DNA of 57,475 nt from an uncultured Pseudomonadales bacterium (GTDB lineage Bacteria > Patescibacteriota > Microgenomatia > UBA1400 > CAYXSR01). The notes beneath the pieces are model-generated. The model did not search any database. It was given only the letters and a program-made list of their open reading frames with translations, and was not told the DNA's origin. This document shows positions 48,050 through 57,475 of the stretch, piece by piece (position 1 is the first letter of the stretch; each line of letters starts with the position of its first letter). The stretch covers positions 1-57,475 of the forward strand of contig CAYXSR010000006.1 in NCBI GenBank assembly GCA_964467735.1, written 5' to 3'. Made by a program: the position numbers and the translations under genes.

Positions 48050-48242
48050 TATGTAGAAAATAAAAATAACCTTTGCTAAAAGATGAGAAAGCGTTGTATC
48101 CTGGAAATGGGACTTGTGACTTAAATTATTATAAAAATATTTTAGTTTAGGATGATTTTAGAAAATTAAAATTAGTCAAAATTATTAAAAGACAAGATGG
48201 CTCACCGGGTTTTTTTATCTATGAAACAAAAAAGGAGAATAT

Positions 48243-49160
48243 ATGAAGATTAGTGTTGTTATTCCGAATTATAATGGAGAGAAGTTACTTACTAAAAATC
48301 TTCCTAAGGTGATAGAAGCTTGTAGAACTTGGAGTAAAAGAGGTTGGGAAATTATTGTTGTGGATGATTGTTCCAAAGACAACAGTGTCCATTTCTTAAA
48401 AGATAATTATCCACAGATAAAAATAATCATTAATAAAAAAAACAAAGGTTTTTCATTTTCGTGTAATCGAGGATTTAAGGCTGCAAAAGGAAGAATAGTA
48501 ATTCTTTTGAATAGCGATGTTGTTCCAGAGAAGAACTTTATAAAACCTCTTATTTCCTATTTTGATATTAAGAATACTTTTTCAGTTAGTTGTTTAGAAA
48601 AAGTTCGAAAAAATAATTCAATCGAATTTCACGGAAGAGGAAAGGGTGTCTTTAAAAAAGGTTTTTTTCTTCATCAAAAATATTCTAATTATAATAGTTC
48701 TGGTTATTCTTTGTGGGCAGTAGGAGGGGCGGCTGCTTTTAGTAAAAAAATTTGGCTGGAATTGGGAGGGTATGATCTGGTTTTCTCTCCATTCTATTGG
48801 GAAGATGTAGATTTGGGTTTTCGTGCTTGGCTTAAGGGGTATAAAAACTACTTTGAGCCAGAATCAGTTGTTTGGCATAAACATGAAGAAGGAGCTATTA
48901 AGACTTCCTACCAGCAGTCTTTTATTGAATCAATAAATTATAGAAATCAATTTCTTTTCTATTGGAAATATTTTTTACATGGCAAATATTTATTTTGGCA
49001 CCTAATATGGTTTCCGTATCATTTAATTACTTCTCTTTTACAAAGAAGGTGGAGTTTTTTGAAAGGATTTGTTTTAGCTTTGAAGAGTTTTAGGCGTCTT
49101 AAGAGAATAAAAGCGAATATTAAGGCAATAGAAATAAGTGAGATTTTTAAACCTAAATAA
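48243..49160 (+). CDS. GT2 glycosyltransferase
   Basis: IPNYNG, DDCSKD, NKGF, LLNSD, GG.D..FSPFYWEDVDLGFRAW; SD aggag. Confidence 0.88.
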   Translation: MKISVVIPNYNGEKLLTKNLPKVIEACRTWSKRGWEIIVVDDCSKDNSVHFLKDNYPQIKIIINKKNKGFSFSCNRGFKAAKGRIVILLNSDVVPEKNFIKPLISYFDIKNTFSVSCLEKVRKNNSIEFHGRGKGVFKKGFFLHQKYSNYNSSGYSLWAVGGAAAFSKKIWLELGGYDLVFSPFYWEDVDLGFRAWLKGYKNYFEPESVVWHKHEEGAIKTSYQQSFIESINYRNQFLFYWKYFLHGKYLFWHLIWFPYHLITSLLQRRWSFLKGFVLALKSFRRLKRIKANIKAIEISEIFKPK

Positions 49161-51373
49161 AAACTCTTGGGTATAAATTCAAATTTAACTAATTTGACTC
49201 CTTCTCGTAAATTTACTTTTTTGAAAATATCTTGTTTATCTATGATTAGCTCATTTTGATTTTCATCAAAAGCCACCCACCCAGGATAAAAAGTGTCTCT
49301 TAGTAGTAGATAGTCTTCTTCTTGATAAGAATAATTATCGAATTTTACTTCAATATTATTACTGTTTGGTTGGATTAATTCGGGAACATTTCTAGGAATT
49401 CCATTTTTACTAAAGATTTGAGCCCTAGGTAATGCTTTATTATTTTCATAGATCAAGAATTCTTCGTCGGAATAAACCTCTTTATGGTTATTTCCAAGTG
49501 CTAATTTTTCATCACTAAGAATATATTTTACTGATAAGGAATCTAATCGTGGATCATTAAAATTAATTAAATCAAAATTGATTCTTGTTGGGTCAGCAAT
49601 ATCTTTATTTTCTTGTCTTACTTTGGCAACTCTTTGAGCGCTGGCGGATAGATTTTCTGAGGGAGTACTAAAATATTCATTGAAATTCTTTAAAGAAAAA
49701 CTAGAGTAGCCATTAATAGAATTTAAATTGTAAGCAGTGAAAATATTAGGAGATAACAGACCAAAAGTATGTCGATATTTCTTAAATGTTTTAAATTCAT
49801 CGGTTGTTAAAGACCAAAATGGTTCCTGAATAAAAGGCGGTCTTCGGAAATAATCACCCATATAAATGCTCATTCCCCTCACTGGCATAAATTCAGCCGT
49901 CGAGACAAACCGATAATTATCAAGACTTTCTTTTAAAAATTTAATATGGTTACTATTTGAAACTTGTTGGAAGGTTTTTTCTAGATTGGGAGCTAAAAAA
50001 AGGTCACCTTTAGAAAAAATAAACAGATCAAGGAAAATAATTAGCGTTAGAAACTTAAGACTATATTTCTTGTACAGAAAAAAAGATAATAATCCAAGGA
50101 TAAATAAATTTATGGCAAAGAGATTAGTCAATTGTTGATCGACTTCTATATTATGAAAAACCGATAAATTTTTATTTATTATTTTGGCAATTAACTGGAG
50201 AGTTTCATTTGGTAATTCAGGAGAAAGTTTAGTGATAATTAATAATAATAAACCAACCAAAGAGAACCCTACTCCTATAAAGAAAAATATTTTTTGCTTT
50301 TTAGAAAAATTTCTTTTATCAGCTAAAAAAGCAGTTAAGCAAGCTAAAGCAAAAGAATAAATAATTAGCCATGAAGAGGGGTTTCTAAAGAAGGAAAAAC
50401 CAGGAATGATAAAAAATATTTTATAAAAAGGATTAAATTTCCCAAAAGAAATTAAAAGACTAATAATTGCAACAATGATAAAGTAAATAGTTTTTTTAGT
50501 TATTTTTCTGAAGTTAGAGAATATAAAGATTAAACTGAAAAAACCAATATATCCAAAAGAATAGGTAATATTTTGTCCCCAAAAGATTCCTTTATTGCGC
50601 TGTCCCCAGAAATTAGCAAAAAAGAAACGAATCAGAGAAATAGGATTCATAGACCAGATTGTATTGTAACCAAAATCGGCTCCAGATCGAGATGAGAGAC
50701 TAATTAATTCTAATTGTGGTAATAAAGCGAAGGCGCCGATGAGCAATGAGAAAAAAACATTTATAAAGAAAATAAATATTTTTTTAAAGCGACTCTCTGG
50801 ATTTGAGAAAAAGAGTAAAAAACCAAATATAAAAAGAACTGCCATATAATAATGTTGAGTTTGCCCAACTAAAAAATTTAAAGTAAGTAGAAAAGTGGTA
50901 AGTAAAAATTTATTTTTTCTTATTGATAATAATATCCAGGGTAAAAAACAGATAGATTCAATTCTAATAATATCTAAAGAAATGTTTATCATTGATCCAC
51001 AAAAGGCAAAAATAATCCCTCCTAATAATGATGCTGTTTTATCTAATTTTTCATTTTTTAAGAATAAATAAGTGCCGACAAAGGCCAAGAAGTAGGCAAT
51101 TAAAGCGACAATCGTAACCCCATTTAGATCAGGGAACAAAAAATGGAGTAAATTAAAGGGATTGAATAAACCAAGGGTAATATCGGCAACTTCAGGGAAA
51201 CCAGCCCACATGTTAGGATTCCACAGAGGAATAACACCCTTTTTAAGATTCTCCCAGAGGAATATTTTATGAGGAACAATGACTAAAAGGTTGTCACCTA
51301 AGAAAAGACCTTTACCCAATAAAAAGATTTCATAGAAGAAACAGATAAATAATAGAATTATAACAATTAACAT
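49019..51373 (-). CDS. YfhO-family GT-C membrane glycosyltransferase
   Basis: LGD, PLWNPNMWAGFP.VAD, PGFSFFRNP, ALPRA, DTFYPGW, PKSFYLGLKIS. Confidence 0.82.
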   Translation of the reverse strand: MLIVIILLFICFFYEIFLLGKGLFLGDNLLVIVPHKIFLWENLKKGVIPLWNPNMWAGFPEVADITLGLFNPFNLLHFLFPDLNGVTIVALIAYFLAFVGTYLFLKNEKLDKTASLLGGIIFAFCGSMINISLDIIRIESICFLPWILLSIRKNKFLLTTFLLTLNFLVGQTQHYYMAVLFIFGFLLFFSNPESRFKKIFIFFINVFFSLLIGAFALLPQLELISLSSRSGADFGYNTIWSMNPISLIRFFFANFWGQRNKGIFWGQNITYSFGYIGFFSLIFIFSNFRKITKKTIYFIIVAIISLLISFGKFNPFYKIFFIIPGFSFFRNPSSWLIIYSFALACLTAFLADKRNFSKKQKIFFFIGVGFSLVGLLLLIITKLSPELPNETLQLIAKIINKNLSVFHNIEVDQQLTNLFAINLFILGLLSFFLYKKYSLKFLTLIIFLDLFIFSKGDLFLAPNLEKTFQQVSNSNHIKFLKESLDNYRFVSTAEFMPVRGMSIYMGDYFRRPPFIQEPFWSLTTDEFKTFKKYRHTFGLLSPNIFTAYNLNSINGYSSFSLKNFNEYFSTPSENLSASAQRVAKVRQENKDIADPTRINFDLINFNDPRLDSLSVKYILSDEKLALGNNHKEVYSDEEFLIYENNKALPRAQIFSKNGIPRNVPELIQPNSNNIEVKFDNYSYQEEDYLLLRDTFYPGWVAFDENQNELIIDKQDIFKKVNLREGVKLVKFEFIPKSFYLGLKISLISIALIFAFILLRRLKLFKAKTNPFKKLHLLCKREVIK

Positions 51374-51473
51374 TATTTATTAAGATAATTCTTTTGCTTT
51401 CAATATCTAGATTATATATCATTATACTTATGTTTAAGATTAAAAGTAAAAAGATATCTAGAGAAATATAAAA

Positions 51474-52163
51474 ATGAAACTTAGCATAATTATTCCAGTT
51501 TTCAATGAAAAAAAGACAATTAAAAAAACTATTGATAAATTATTTGATTTGAGAATAGAAAAGGTAATTTTAGAAGTGATTGTAGTAGATGATGGTTCGA
51601 CTGATGGAACGAAAGAACTTATTAAAAATATTAGTCAAAAAAAGAAAATAAAAACAATTTTCCATGAGAAAAACAAAGGAAAAGGAACCGCAGTAAGAAC
51701 AGGATTAAAACAGGCAACGGGTGATTATATTTTGGTTCAAGATGCCGATTTAGAATATGACCCCGAAGATATAATTCGTTTAGTGAATCCTATTCTAAAA
51801 AAGAAAGCTCAAGTTGTTTATGGTTCTCGTTTTACAGGAGAAAGAAGGAATATGTTTTTTTGGCACCTAGTGGCCAATAAAAGTCTTTCTTTATTAATGG
51901 ATATTTTATTTAATACAACTATTTCTGATGTTGAAGTTGGCTATAAATTAATTAAAAAGGAGATTTTACAATCTTTAGATTTACGTTCTAATTCTTTTGA
52001 TTTTGAAGTAGAAGTAACCGCTAAGATTTTGAAAAAAGGTTTTAAAATTTATGAGGTTCCCATATCTTATAGCGGAAGAGATTATACAGAAGGGAAAAAA
52101 ATTGGTTTTAGGGATGGACTAGTGGCTTTTATGAAGATACTTTATTTTCGATTACTTGAGTGA
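51474..52163 (+). CDS. GT2 polyprenol-phosphate sugar synthase (DPM1-like)
   Basis: IPVFNE, DDGSTDGT, NKGKG.AVR.G, QDADLEYDP.D, YGSRF, EVPISY.GR. Confidence 0.9.
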   Translation: MKLSIIIPVFNEKKTIKKTIDKLFDLRIEKVILEVIVVDDGSTDGTKELIKNISQKKKIKTIFHEKNKGKGTAVRTGLKQATGDYILVQDADLEYDPEDIIRLVNPILKKKAQVVYGSRFTGERRNMFFWHLVANKSLSLLMDILFNTTISDVEVGYKLIKKEILQSLDLRSNSFDFEVEVTAKILKKGFKIYEVPISYSGRDYTEGKKIGFRDGLVAFMKILYFRLLE

Positions 52164-53740
52164 TGAAAGATATTAAAAGATATTCTTTTGTTTTATTAAG
52201 ATTTCTACTAGTTACTTTAGTTTTTACAGTTATTTATCTAATATATAGGCGCGTTCTATTTACTTTTTCTTTTACCGATGAAGGTGACAATATTTCTATA
52301 GGAAAATTTCTTCTGCATGGGAAAATTTTATACAGGGATATTTTTTCTCAGCATCAACCATTGACCTATTATTTCTCTGCCATTGTTCAAAAAGTCACAA
52401 AACCTGACAATCTTTATCTTGTAGTTAAAAGACACAGGGAGGCAATTATTTTTTATTCTTTCCTTTGGTCTATTTTGTTAACAATAAGATTTGGTTTAGG
52501 ATTGATATTCCCAATTATTATCTATGAGCTTATTAAATACTATTTATTAGGTCATTTATTTTTAGCTGAGACAATAGTTGTTTATCCGCTAATATTTTTA
52601 ATACTCTCTGTTTGGATGCTTTTTAAAGGCAATAAACTAACTAAATTTGACAACATAATTGCCTCTTTGTCTATATTTTGGGCAAGCTTTAATCTACTGC
52701 CGGCTGCTCCCGTAGCCTTGGTTTTAGGTCTTTATTTATTTTTTAAGCAAAGGAAGGAGCTTTGGAAAATAATAAGTTTGGGCTTGCCTTTAATGATCAC
52801 CACCTTGGTGTTATTTCTTTTTATTCCTTTTTATTATTATTTTGAAGGAACTATTTGGGCAAACATTTTTTTCTATATTCCGAAAAGTTCAAGTGTTGCT
52901 TTTGATGTAAGGGAACCATTTTACTTTAGATTGCTTAAAATACCATTTTATCCCTTGCAGGTGTTATTCAATCTAACAAATCCGTTTTTTCAGGCACTGG
53001 CACTAATTTTTATTATTTTTCTGGTATTTCTAATTATGTTTGCTAAAAAAAACAAAAAAAATCTGTTGTTTACTTTATTTTTACTCACAGTTCTTTTTAT
53101 TTCCAATTTAAGATCACCAGTTGGAAGTGGTATTTATTTTCATGCTTTTCATTCTTTGCCTTATGTTGGTCTTCTTATCTTTTTACCTTTTATTATTGTT
53201 CAGGATGAGATATTTTCGGACAACAAAAAAAAGTTTCTTCTGTTTCTTCTTCTAGGCTCTTTTTTTATTTTTAACAGAAATTTATTCTATTGGGAGAAAA
53301 TAGACCCGGTTGAAACTCAATATATCCAGTTTTCTAAAGTTTTTGATGCTAGTATTGCCTTTAAGACATTGGCAGACAAAGACGACACATTGGCAGTCAT
53401 TCCCTACGAAGAGATTCTTTACTGGTTGCCAGATGTTGATCTGTCAACGCGCTTTTTATTTTATTCTTCATGGGCCTATGTAGTGCCCAAATTTAGAAAT
53501 GAAATAACAGAAGGTTTAGTCAAAAATAAACCAACTTTTATCTATTGGTATAGACAGGAATATTTGGGAGTTGAGAATCCTTTATTTCCTTTTTTGGATG
53601 ATAATGATTATGTTAATTTACCACGGGATGCCACTTTTTCAGGTGTTTATATAAATAAAAACAAAGTTAAAGACATTACAGAGGAAGAGTGGAAGACTTT
53701 GCAGTATTATCGTTATAATAAAATTGAATCGACCAAGTAA
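52160..53740 (+). CDS. GT-C membrane glycosyltransferase (paralog of 43176-44810)
   Basis: FTDEGDN...GKILYRDIFSQHQP...GHLFLAET. Confidence 0.7.
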   Translation: MMKDIKRYSFVLLRFLLVTLVFTVIYLIYRRVLFTFSFTDEGDNISIGKFLLHGKILYRDIFSQHQPLTYYFSAIVQKVTKPDNLYLVVKRHREAIIFYSFLWSILLTIRFGLGLIFPIIIYELIKYYLLGHLFLAETIVVYPLIFLILSVWMLFKGNKLTKFDNIIASLSIFWASFNLLPAAPVALVLGLYLFFKQRKELWKIISLGLPLMITTLVLFLFIPFYYYFEGTIWANIFFYIPKSSSVAFDVREPFYFRLLKIPFYPLQVLFNLTNPFFQALALIFIIFLVFLIMFAKKNKKNLLFTLFLLTVLFISNLRSPVGSGIYFHAFHSLPYVGLLIFLPFIIVQDEIFSDNKKKFLLFLLLGSFFIFNRNLFYWEKIDPVETQYIQFSKVFDASIAFKTLADKDDTLAVIPYEEILYWLPDVDLSTRFLFYSSWAYVVPKFRNEITEGLVKNKPTFIYWYRQEYLGVENPLFPFLDDNDYVNLPRDATFSGVYINKNKVKDITEEEWKTLQYYRYNKIESTK

Positions 53741-53781
53741 GACTAATATATTTTTATGTTTTTTTATAAACTGCTACCTTT

Positions 53782-55413
53782 ATGAAAATAAACAAGATTT
53801 TGTTGTTACTTATCATTATTCTCGCTGGTTTTTTGAGATTTTATCGTCTGAATAGTATTCCTCCATCCTTGCAATGGGATGAAGTGGCGATGGGTTATGA
53901 TAGCTATTCAGTACTTAAGACAGGCAAGGACCAATTTGGTAAAAGCCTCCCTTTATTTTTCCGTTCTCTTGATGATTGGAAGCCGGCGTTTTATGAATAT
54001 ACAGCTGTTTTTCCAATTGCCGTCTTTGGTTTGAATGAATTTAGCGTTCGTTTTCCAGCTGCCCTTCTGGGTGGTCTGACAATTCTTTTGGTTTTCTTAT
54101 TGGTAAAAGAAATTTTTCCAAAATGTAGAGAAGTTGCATTATTATCAGCATTTTTACTGGCAATTTCTCCTTGGCATCTACAAATTTCCAGAGCAGCCTT
54201 TGAAGTAACCATTAGTATTTTTATTTTTGTGCTGGCAAACTTACTTTTTTTAAAAAGTCTTAAAAACTATAAATTATTACTTTTCTCTTCATTCTGTTTT
54301 GGTTTAGGCTTTTTTACTTATCATAGCGCTAGAGTTGTTTTTCCGTTAATGTGGTTAAATCTGTTAATTCTCTTTAGAAAAAAAATTGTCTTTTTTAAAA
54401 AAGCAATAATTAATTTTTGTTTACCCTTTTTTCTATTGGCAGTTGTTTTTTCACCATTTATCTTTGATTCTGAAGTTCAAATGAGATTTAAAGCAACAAA
54501 TATTTTTGAAATTGAAAAAAATTATCAGCAGTCAGCTGAAAAAATTCTTGCGGCTGAAGAAAAAGGATGGGGGTCGATAGCCAAAATAATTTATAATCGC
54601 CGCTTATCAATAATAACCTGGGAAAATTTTATAAAAGTATTTAATAATTATCTTGTCCATTTTCGACCTGATTTTTTATTTTTAAAAGCCGATGTCCCCT
54701 TACATCATGCTCCAGGAATGGGGCTTTTGTATATATGGGAGCTGCCTTTTATAATTTTAGGTATTTTTTTTCTTATAAAAGATTACTTGAAAAAAGAAAG
54801 TTTAGTTTTATTAATTTGGTTTTTACTAGCACCGCTACCAGCCTCAGTTACTTGGGGTGTGCCCCACGCCATAAGATCAGCCTTATTTATCCCTACTTTT
54901 GAGATTTTTGCTGCTTTTGGTTTTTATAAAACATATCAGTTGTTATCGCTTAGAAAAAAAACTACAAGTTTAGTTTTTTGCTTACTAATGGGAGGGTTAC
55001 TTTTACTAAATATAAAATATTATCTTTATTGTTATTATATTGCTTTGCCTCAACAGTGGTCAGATAAATGGCTTTATGGTAGAAAACAAGCAGTTCAATT
55101 CACAGAAGATAGTAAGCAGGATTATGAAAAAATAATAGTTTCTACAAAATTAGAATATCCTTGGGTTTTCTGGCTTTTTTATTCCAAATATGATCCTAAC
55201 CAATATTTAATTCATGGAGGAACAGTTAGCGGTGGCTTCGCTGAACAGAGAAACAAGTTTGATAAATATGAATTTAGGGAATTTGACTACTTAAAAGAGA
55301 AGAATGGAACAACTTTATTTGTTGGGTTTCCAGAAGAATTTCCTAAGACATTGCAACCGATTAAAATAATTGATTATCTAGACGAAAAACCAGCAATTTT
55401 AATTAATAAATGA
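53782..55413 (+). CDS. GT-C (ArnT/PMT_2-like) glycosyltransferase
   Basis: LRFYRL..IPP...WDE..MGY.SYS..KTGKD, VRFP, SPWH...SR.AFE, PHA.RS. Confidence 0.8.
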   Translation: MKINKILLLLIIILAGFLRFYRLNSIPPSLQWDEVAMGYDSYSVLKTGKDQFGKSLPLFFRSLDDWKPAFYEYTAVFPIAVFGLNEFSVRFPAALLGGLTILLVFLLVKEIFPKCREVALLSAFLLAISPWHLQISRAAFEVTISIFIFVLANLLFLKSLKNYKLLLFSSFCFGLGFFTYHSARVVFPLMWLNLLILFRKKIVFFKKAIINFCLPFFLLAVVFSPFIFDSEVQMRFKATNIFEIEKNYQQSAEKILAAEEKGWGSIAKIIYNRRLSIITWENFIKVFNNYLVHFRPDFLFLKADVPLHHAPGMGLLYIWELPFIILGIFFLIKDYLKKESLVLLIWFLLAPLPASVTWGVPHAIRSALFIPTFEIFAAFGFYKTYQLLSLRKKTTSLVFCLLMGGLLLLNIKYYLYCYYIALPQQWSDKWLYGRKQAVQFTEDSKQDYEKIIVSTKLEYPWVFWLFYSKYDPNQYLIHGGTVSGGFAEQRNKFDKYEFREFDYLKEKNGTTLFVGFPEEFPKTLQPIKIIDYLDEKPAILINK

Positions 55414-56951
55414 AAAAATATCCGAATTTAATTATTATCTTAATATTCTTTTTAGCTGTTTTTTTAAGATTCTATAGATTAACACAAGCACCCCCGGGTC
55501 TCTATATTGATGAAGTCTCTATTGGTTACAATGCTTACTCTATTTTAAAAAATGGCACTGATGAATATGATAAAAAATATCCTTTATGGTTTAAAGCATT
55601 TGGTGAATATAAACTACCTATTTATATTTATTTAACAAGCATATTAATAGCGATATTTGGTAAAACTGAATTTGCTGTGCGATTTCCTTCGGCTTTTTTT
55701 GGTTCATTATCGATATTAGCTTCTTATTTTTTAACTAAAGAACTATTTAAAGCAAAATTTATTAAAAATAAAATTTTTAATAGTCAAGCTTCGAATATTG
55801 GTTTATTATCATCTCTACTTTTGGCTATTTCTTCCTGGCATCTTCAATTATCACGAGCTGGTTTTGAAACAAGTTTAGCTTTATCTTTTTTCATTTTTGG
55901 CTCCTTATTCATTGTTCTTTTTTGGAAAAAAAAGAAAACAATTAATTTATTTTTAGGTTTTCTTTTTTTGACGTTAACTTTTTATACCTATAATAGTTTC
56001 AGATTGATAACTCCGTTTTATTTAGTTTTTCTATCAATCGTTTTCCTATTGAAAATTCCTCAGAAGAAAAGAGACATTTTTATTATAACTTTAATCTTCT
56101 TTATTCTAAGTTTACCAATGCTAAAATTTTCCTTTTCTTCAGAAGGGAAAGCAAGATTTTTAGAAACGACTGCTTTTAATTTTTATGGAGAAAAATCACT
56201 TGTTGAGAATCTTGTTAATTATTTCTTAATTTTTTTAAAAAATTTTATAAATCATTTTTCTTTTAATTTTTTATTTAATTTTGGTGACTATATGGGTCGT
56301 CATGGTCTAAGAGAGTTTGGTGTTTTGGCCAAATGGCAGTTACCATTCTTATTTTTAGGAAGTTATATAATATTTAAGAACAGAAAAAGTCTATTAAGTA
56401 AAATACTCGGGAGTTTACTCATTTTATCTCCTTTACCATCATCTTTAGCTCTTCCTTCACCTCATGCTCTGCGAGCATTTTTATTATTAATACCTTTATT
56501 AATATTAATATCGGTAGGAATGGTTTATTTATGGTCTATTCTTAAAACGAAATGGAAACAAGGTTGTTTTGTACTTTTTTGCTTATTGATTTTTTATGAA
56601 TTTGTTTTTTATCTACACTATTATTATATTCACTATCCAAAAACTAATGTTATAGAATGGGGAGGAGGATATAAGCAGCTTGTTGAAGAAGTATCCAAGT
56701 ATAAAGACAAATATGAAGCAATTGTGGTAAATGAGCAACTAGGATATCCATACATCTATTTTTTATTTTATAACGACCAGATAAAACCGATTTTTACTCA
56801 GCCTGGTTGGAAGAAACCAATTGATTTAAAAGACAAACCTTTACTTTATGTTACTAATTTTGTTGAGAAACCATCAGAAAAAATCTTAGATGTTATTTAT
56901 TTACCAAATTCGCCAAATAATGATATTTTTGCAAGATTATGGGAAATATGA
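55410..56951 (+). CDS. GT-C (ArnT/PMT_2-like) glycosyltransferase, tandem paralog
   Basis: LRFYRL..APPG...DE.SIGYNAYS, GEYKLP, VRFPSA, WH...SRAGFE, PHALR. Confidence 0.8.
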   Translation: MKKYPNLIIILIFFLAVFLRFYRLTQAPPGLYIDEVSIGYNAYSILKNGTDEYDKKYPLWFKAFGEYKLPIYIYLTSILIAIFGKTEFAVRFPSAFFGSLSILASYFLTKELFKAKFIKNKIFNSQASNIGLLSSLLLAISSWHLQLSRAGFETSLALSFFIFGSLFIVLFWKKKKTINLFLGFLFLTLTFYTYNSFRLITPFYLVFLSIVFLLKIPQKKRDIFIITLIFFILSLPMLKFSFSSEGKARFLETTAFNFYGEKSLVENLVNYFLIFLKNFINHFSFNFLFNFGDYMGRHGLREFGVLAKWQLPFLFLGSYIIFKNRKSLLSKILGSLLILSPLPSSLALPSPHALRAFLLLIPLLILISVGMVYLWSILKTKWKQGCFVLFCLLIFYEFVFYLHYYYIHYPKTNVIEWGGGYKQLVEEVSKYKDKYEAIVVNEQLGYPYIYFLFYNDQIKPIFTQPGWKKPIDLKDKPLLYVTNFVEKPSEKILDVIYLPNSPNNDIFARLWEI

Positions 56952-57475
56952 ATAAGCTAAGACTAATTAAAAAATTATTAATTGGAATTGTTCTTATACT
57001 TCAGTTAACTTTATTAAAAAATCTTTCTTCTTGTTGGGATTTCAAAAGTGATTTTCATTTTTCTTCTTATGGTTTGAAGTTGAAAATTGAAGGGGAAATC
57101 AATAATGATGTTGGTCTTCCTTTCTTTGTGGTGAGATTTTTCCATAATAAAATTAATTTTTTCATCTTAGATATTTATAAAAGATGGCTTTTTTTCTGGG
57201 ATTTGCCTTTTTTGCTTTCTCACCTTTCGATTATTGGTGTTTTTGGTTTATTGGTAGAAATATATTATCTTTTTAACTCAATCATTAAAAAAGAAAAAAA
57301 ATCAGATATTTTTCTTTTTATCTATATTATTTTTCTTCCTTTTTCAGAAATAATTTTTTCTCCTAAACTTTCATTTTTAATAAAAATTTGTTTAATAATT
57401 ATTCCCAGACAAATTTTTAGCCTTTTGGGTTTATGGAAATTTTTGACTCGAGAGAGAAAAGGAGTTTTAATAATA
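56948..57475 (+). CDS. Membrane protein (partial, runs off the window)
   Basis: ATGA overlap with the previous stop; open to the window end (MNKLRLIKKLLIGIVLILQ...VRFFHNK...), hydrophobic; not in the ORF track. Confidence 0.65.
   Translation, partial: MNKLRLIKKLLIGIVLILQLTLLKNLSSCWDFKSDFHFSSYGLKLKIEGEINNDVGLPFFVVRFFHNKINFFILDIYKRWLFFWDLPFLLSHLSIIGVFGLLVEIYYLFNSIIKKEKKSDIFLFIYIIFLPFSEIIFSPKLSFLIKICLIIIPRQIFSLLGLWKFLTRERKGVLII

Noticed and set aside
254-54212. Short alternative-frame and antisense ORFs in the track (e.g. 254-457, 4547-4846, 8739-9134, 12577-12882, 12710-13027, 35862-36104)
   Set aside because: They overlap well-supported genes or promoters and have no motifs or RBS; treated as shadow ORFs
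1-57475. CRISPR array, tRNA/rRNA, IS/integrase, DGR or alternative genetic code
   Set aside because: No spaced repeats, RNA gene patterns, transposase or reverse transcriptase motifs seen; TGA terminates genes normally. Checked by eye only, so small RNAs could be missed.

Overview
AT-rich bacterial DNA read in the standard code (TGA is a stop). Gene style and family mix suggest Patescibacteria/CPR, Microgenomates-like; this is inference. There are three blocks. (1) 1-9.6 kb is a cell-surface locus. It opens with the 3' end of a sortase gene that the ORF track missed, then a sigma70 promoter and a leader with terminator-like hairpins. Next come a TasA/CalY-like subunit, signal peptidase SipW, a second SipW substrate with a lamin-tail domain, and an apparent two-protein polyprotein with an internal sortase-like sorting signal followed by a second signal peptide. 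A CAP protein and rfbA follow. (2) 9.7-18.3 kb holds rarA, small stress/housecleaning genes, an orphan receiver domain, rtcB, rfbBCD and trmD; several of these look leaderless. (3) 18.4-57.5 kb is a glycosylation island: ugd, two tandem gmd paralogs with patchwork DNA identity, UDP-xylose synthase, four polyprenol-P-sugar synthase GT2 domains (one fused to GtrA, one to a GT-C), two other GT2s, one GT4, a Wzx flippase and about 15 GT-C-fold membrane glycosyltransferases. Best candidates for undescribed systems are a sortase-anchored, SipW-matured TasA-type fibre and a very large lipid-linked extracytoplasmic glycosylation array. No rRNA, tRNA, CRISPR array or mobile element was recognised. All family calls come from reading motifs by eye, not from database searches.
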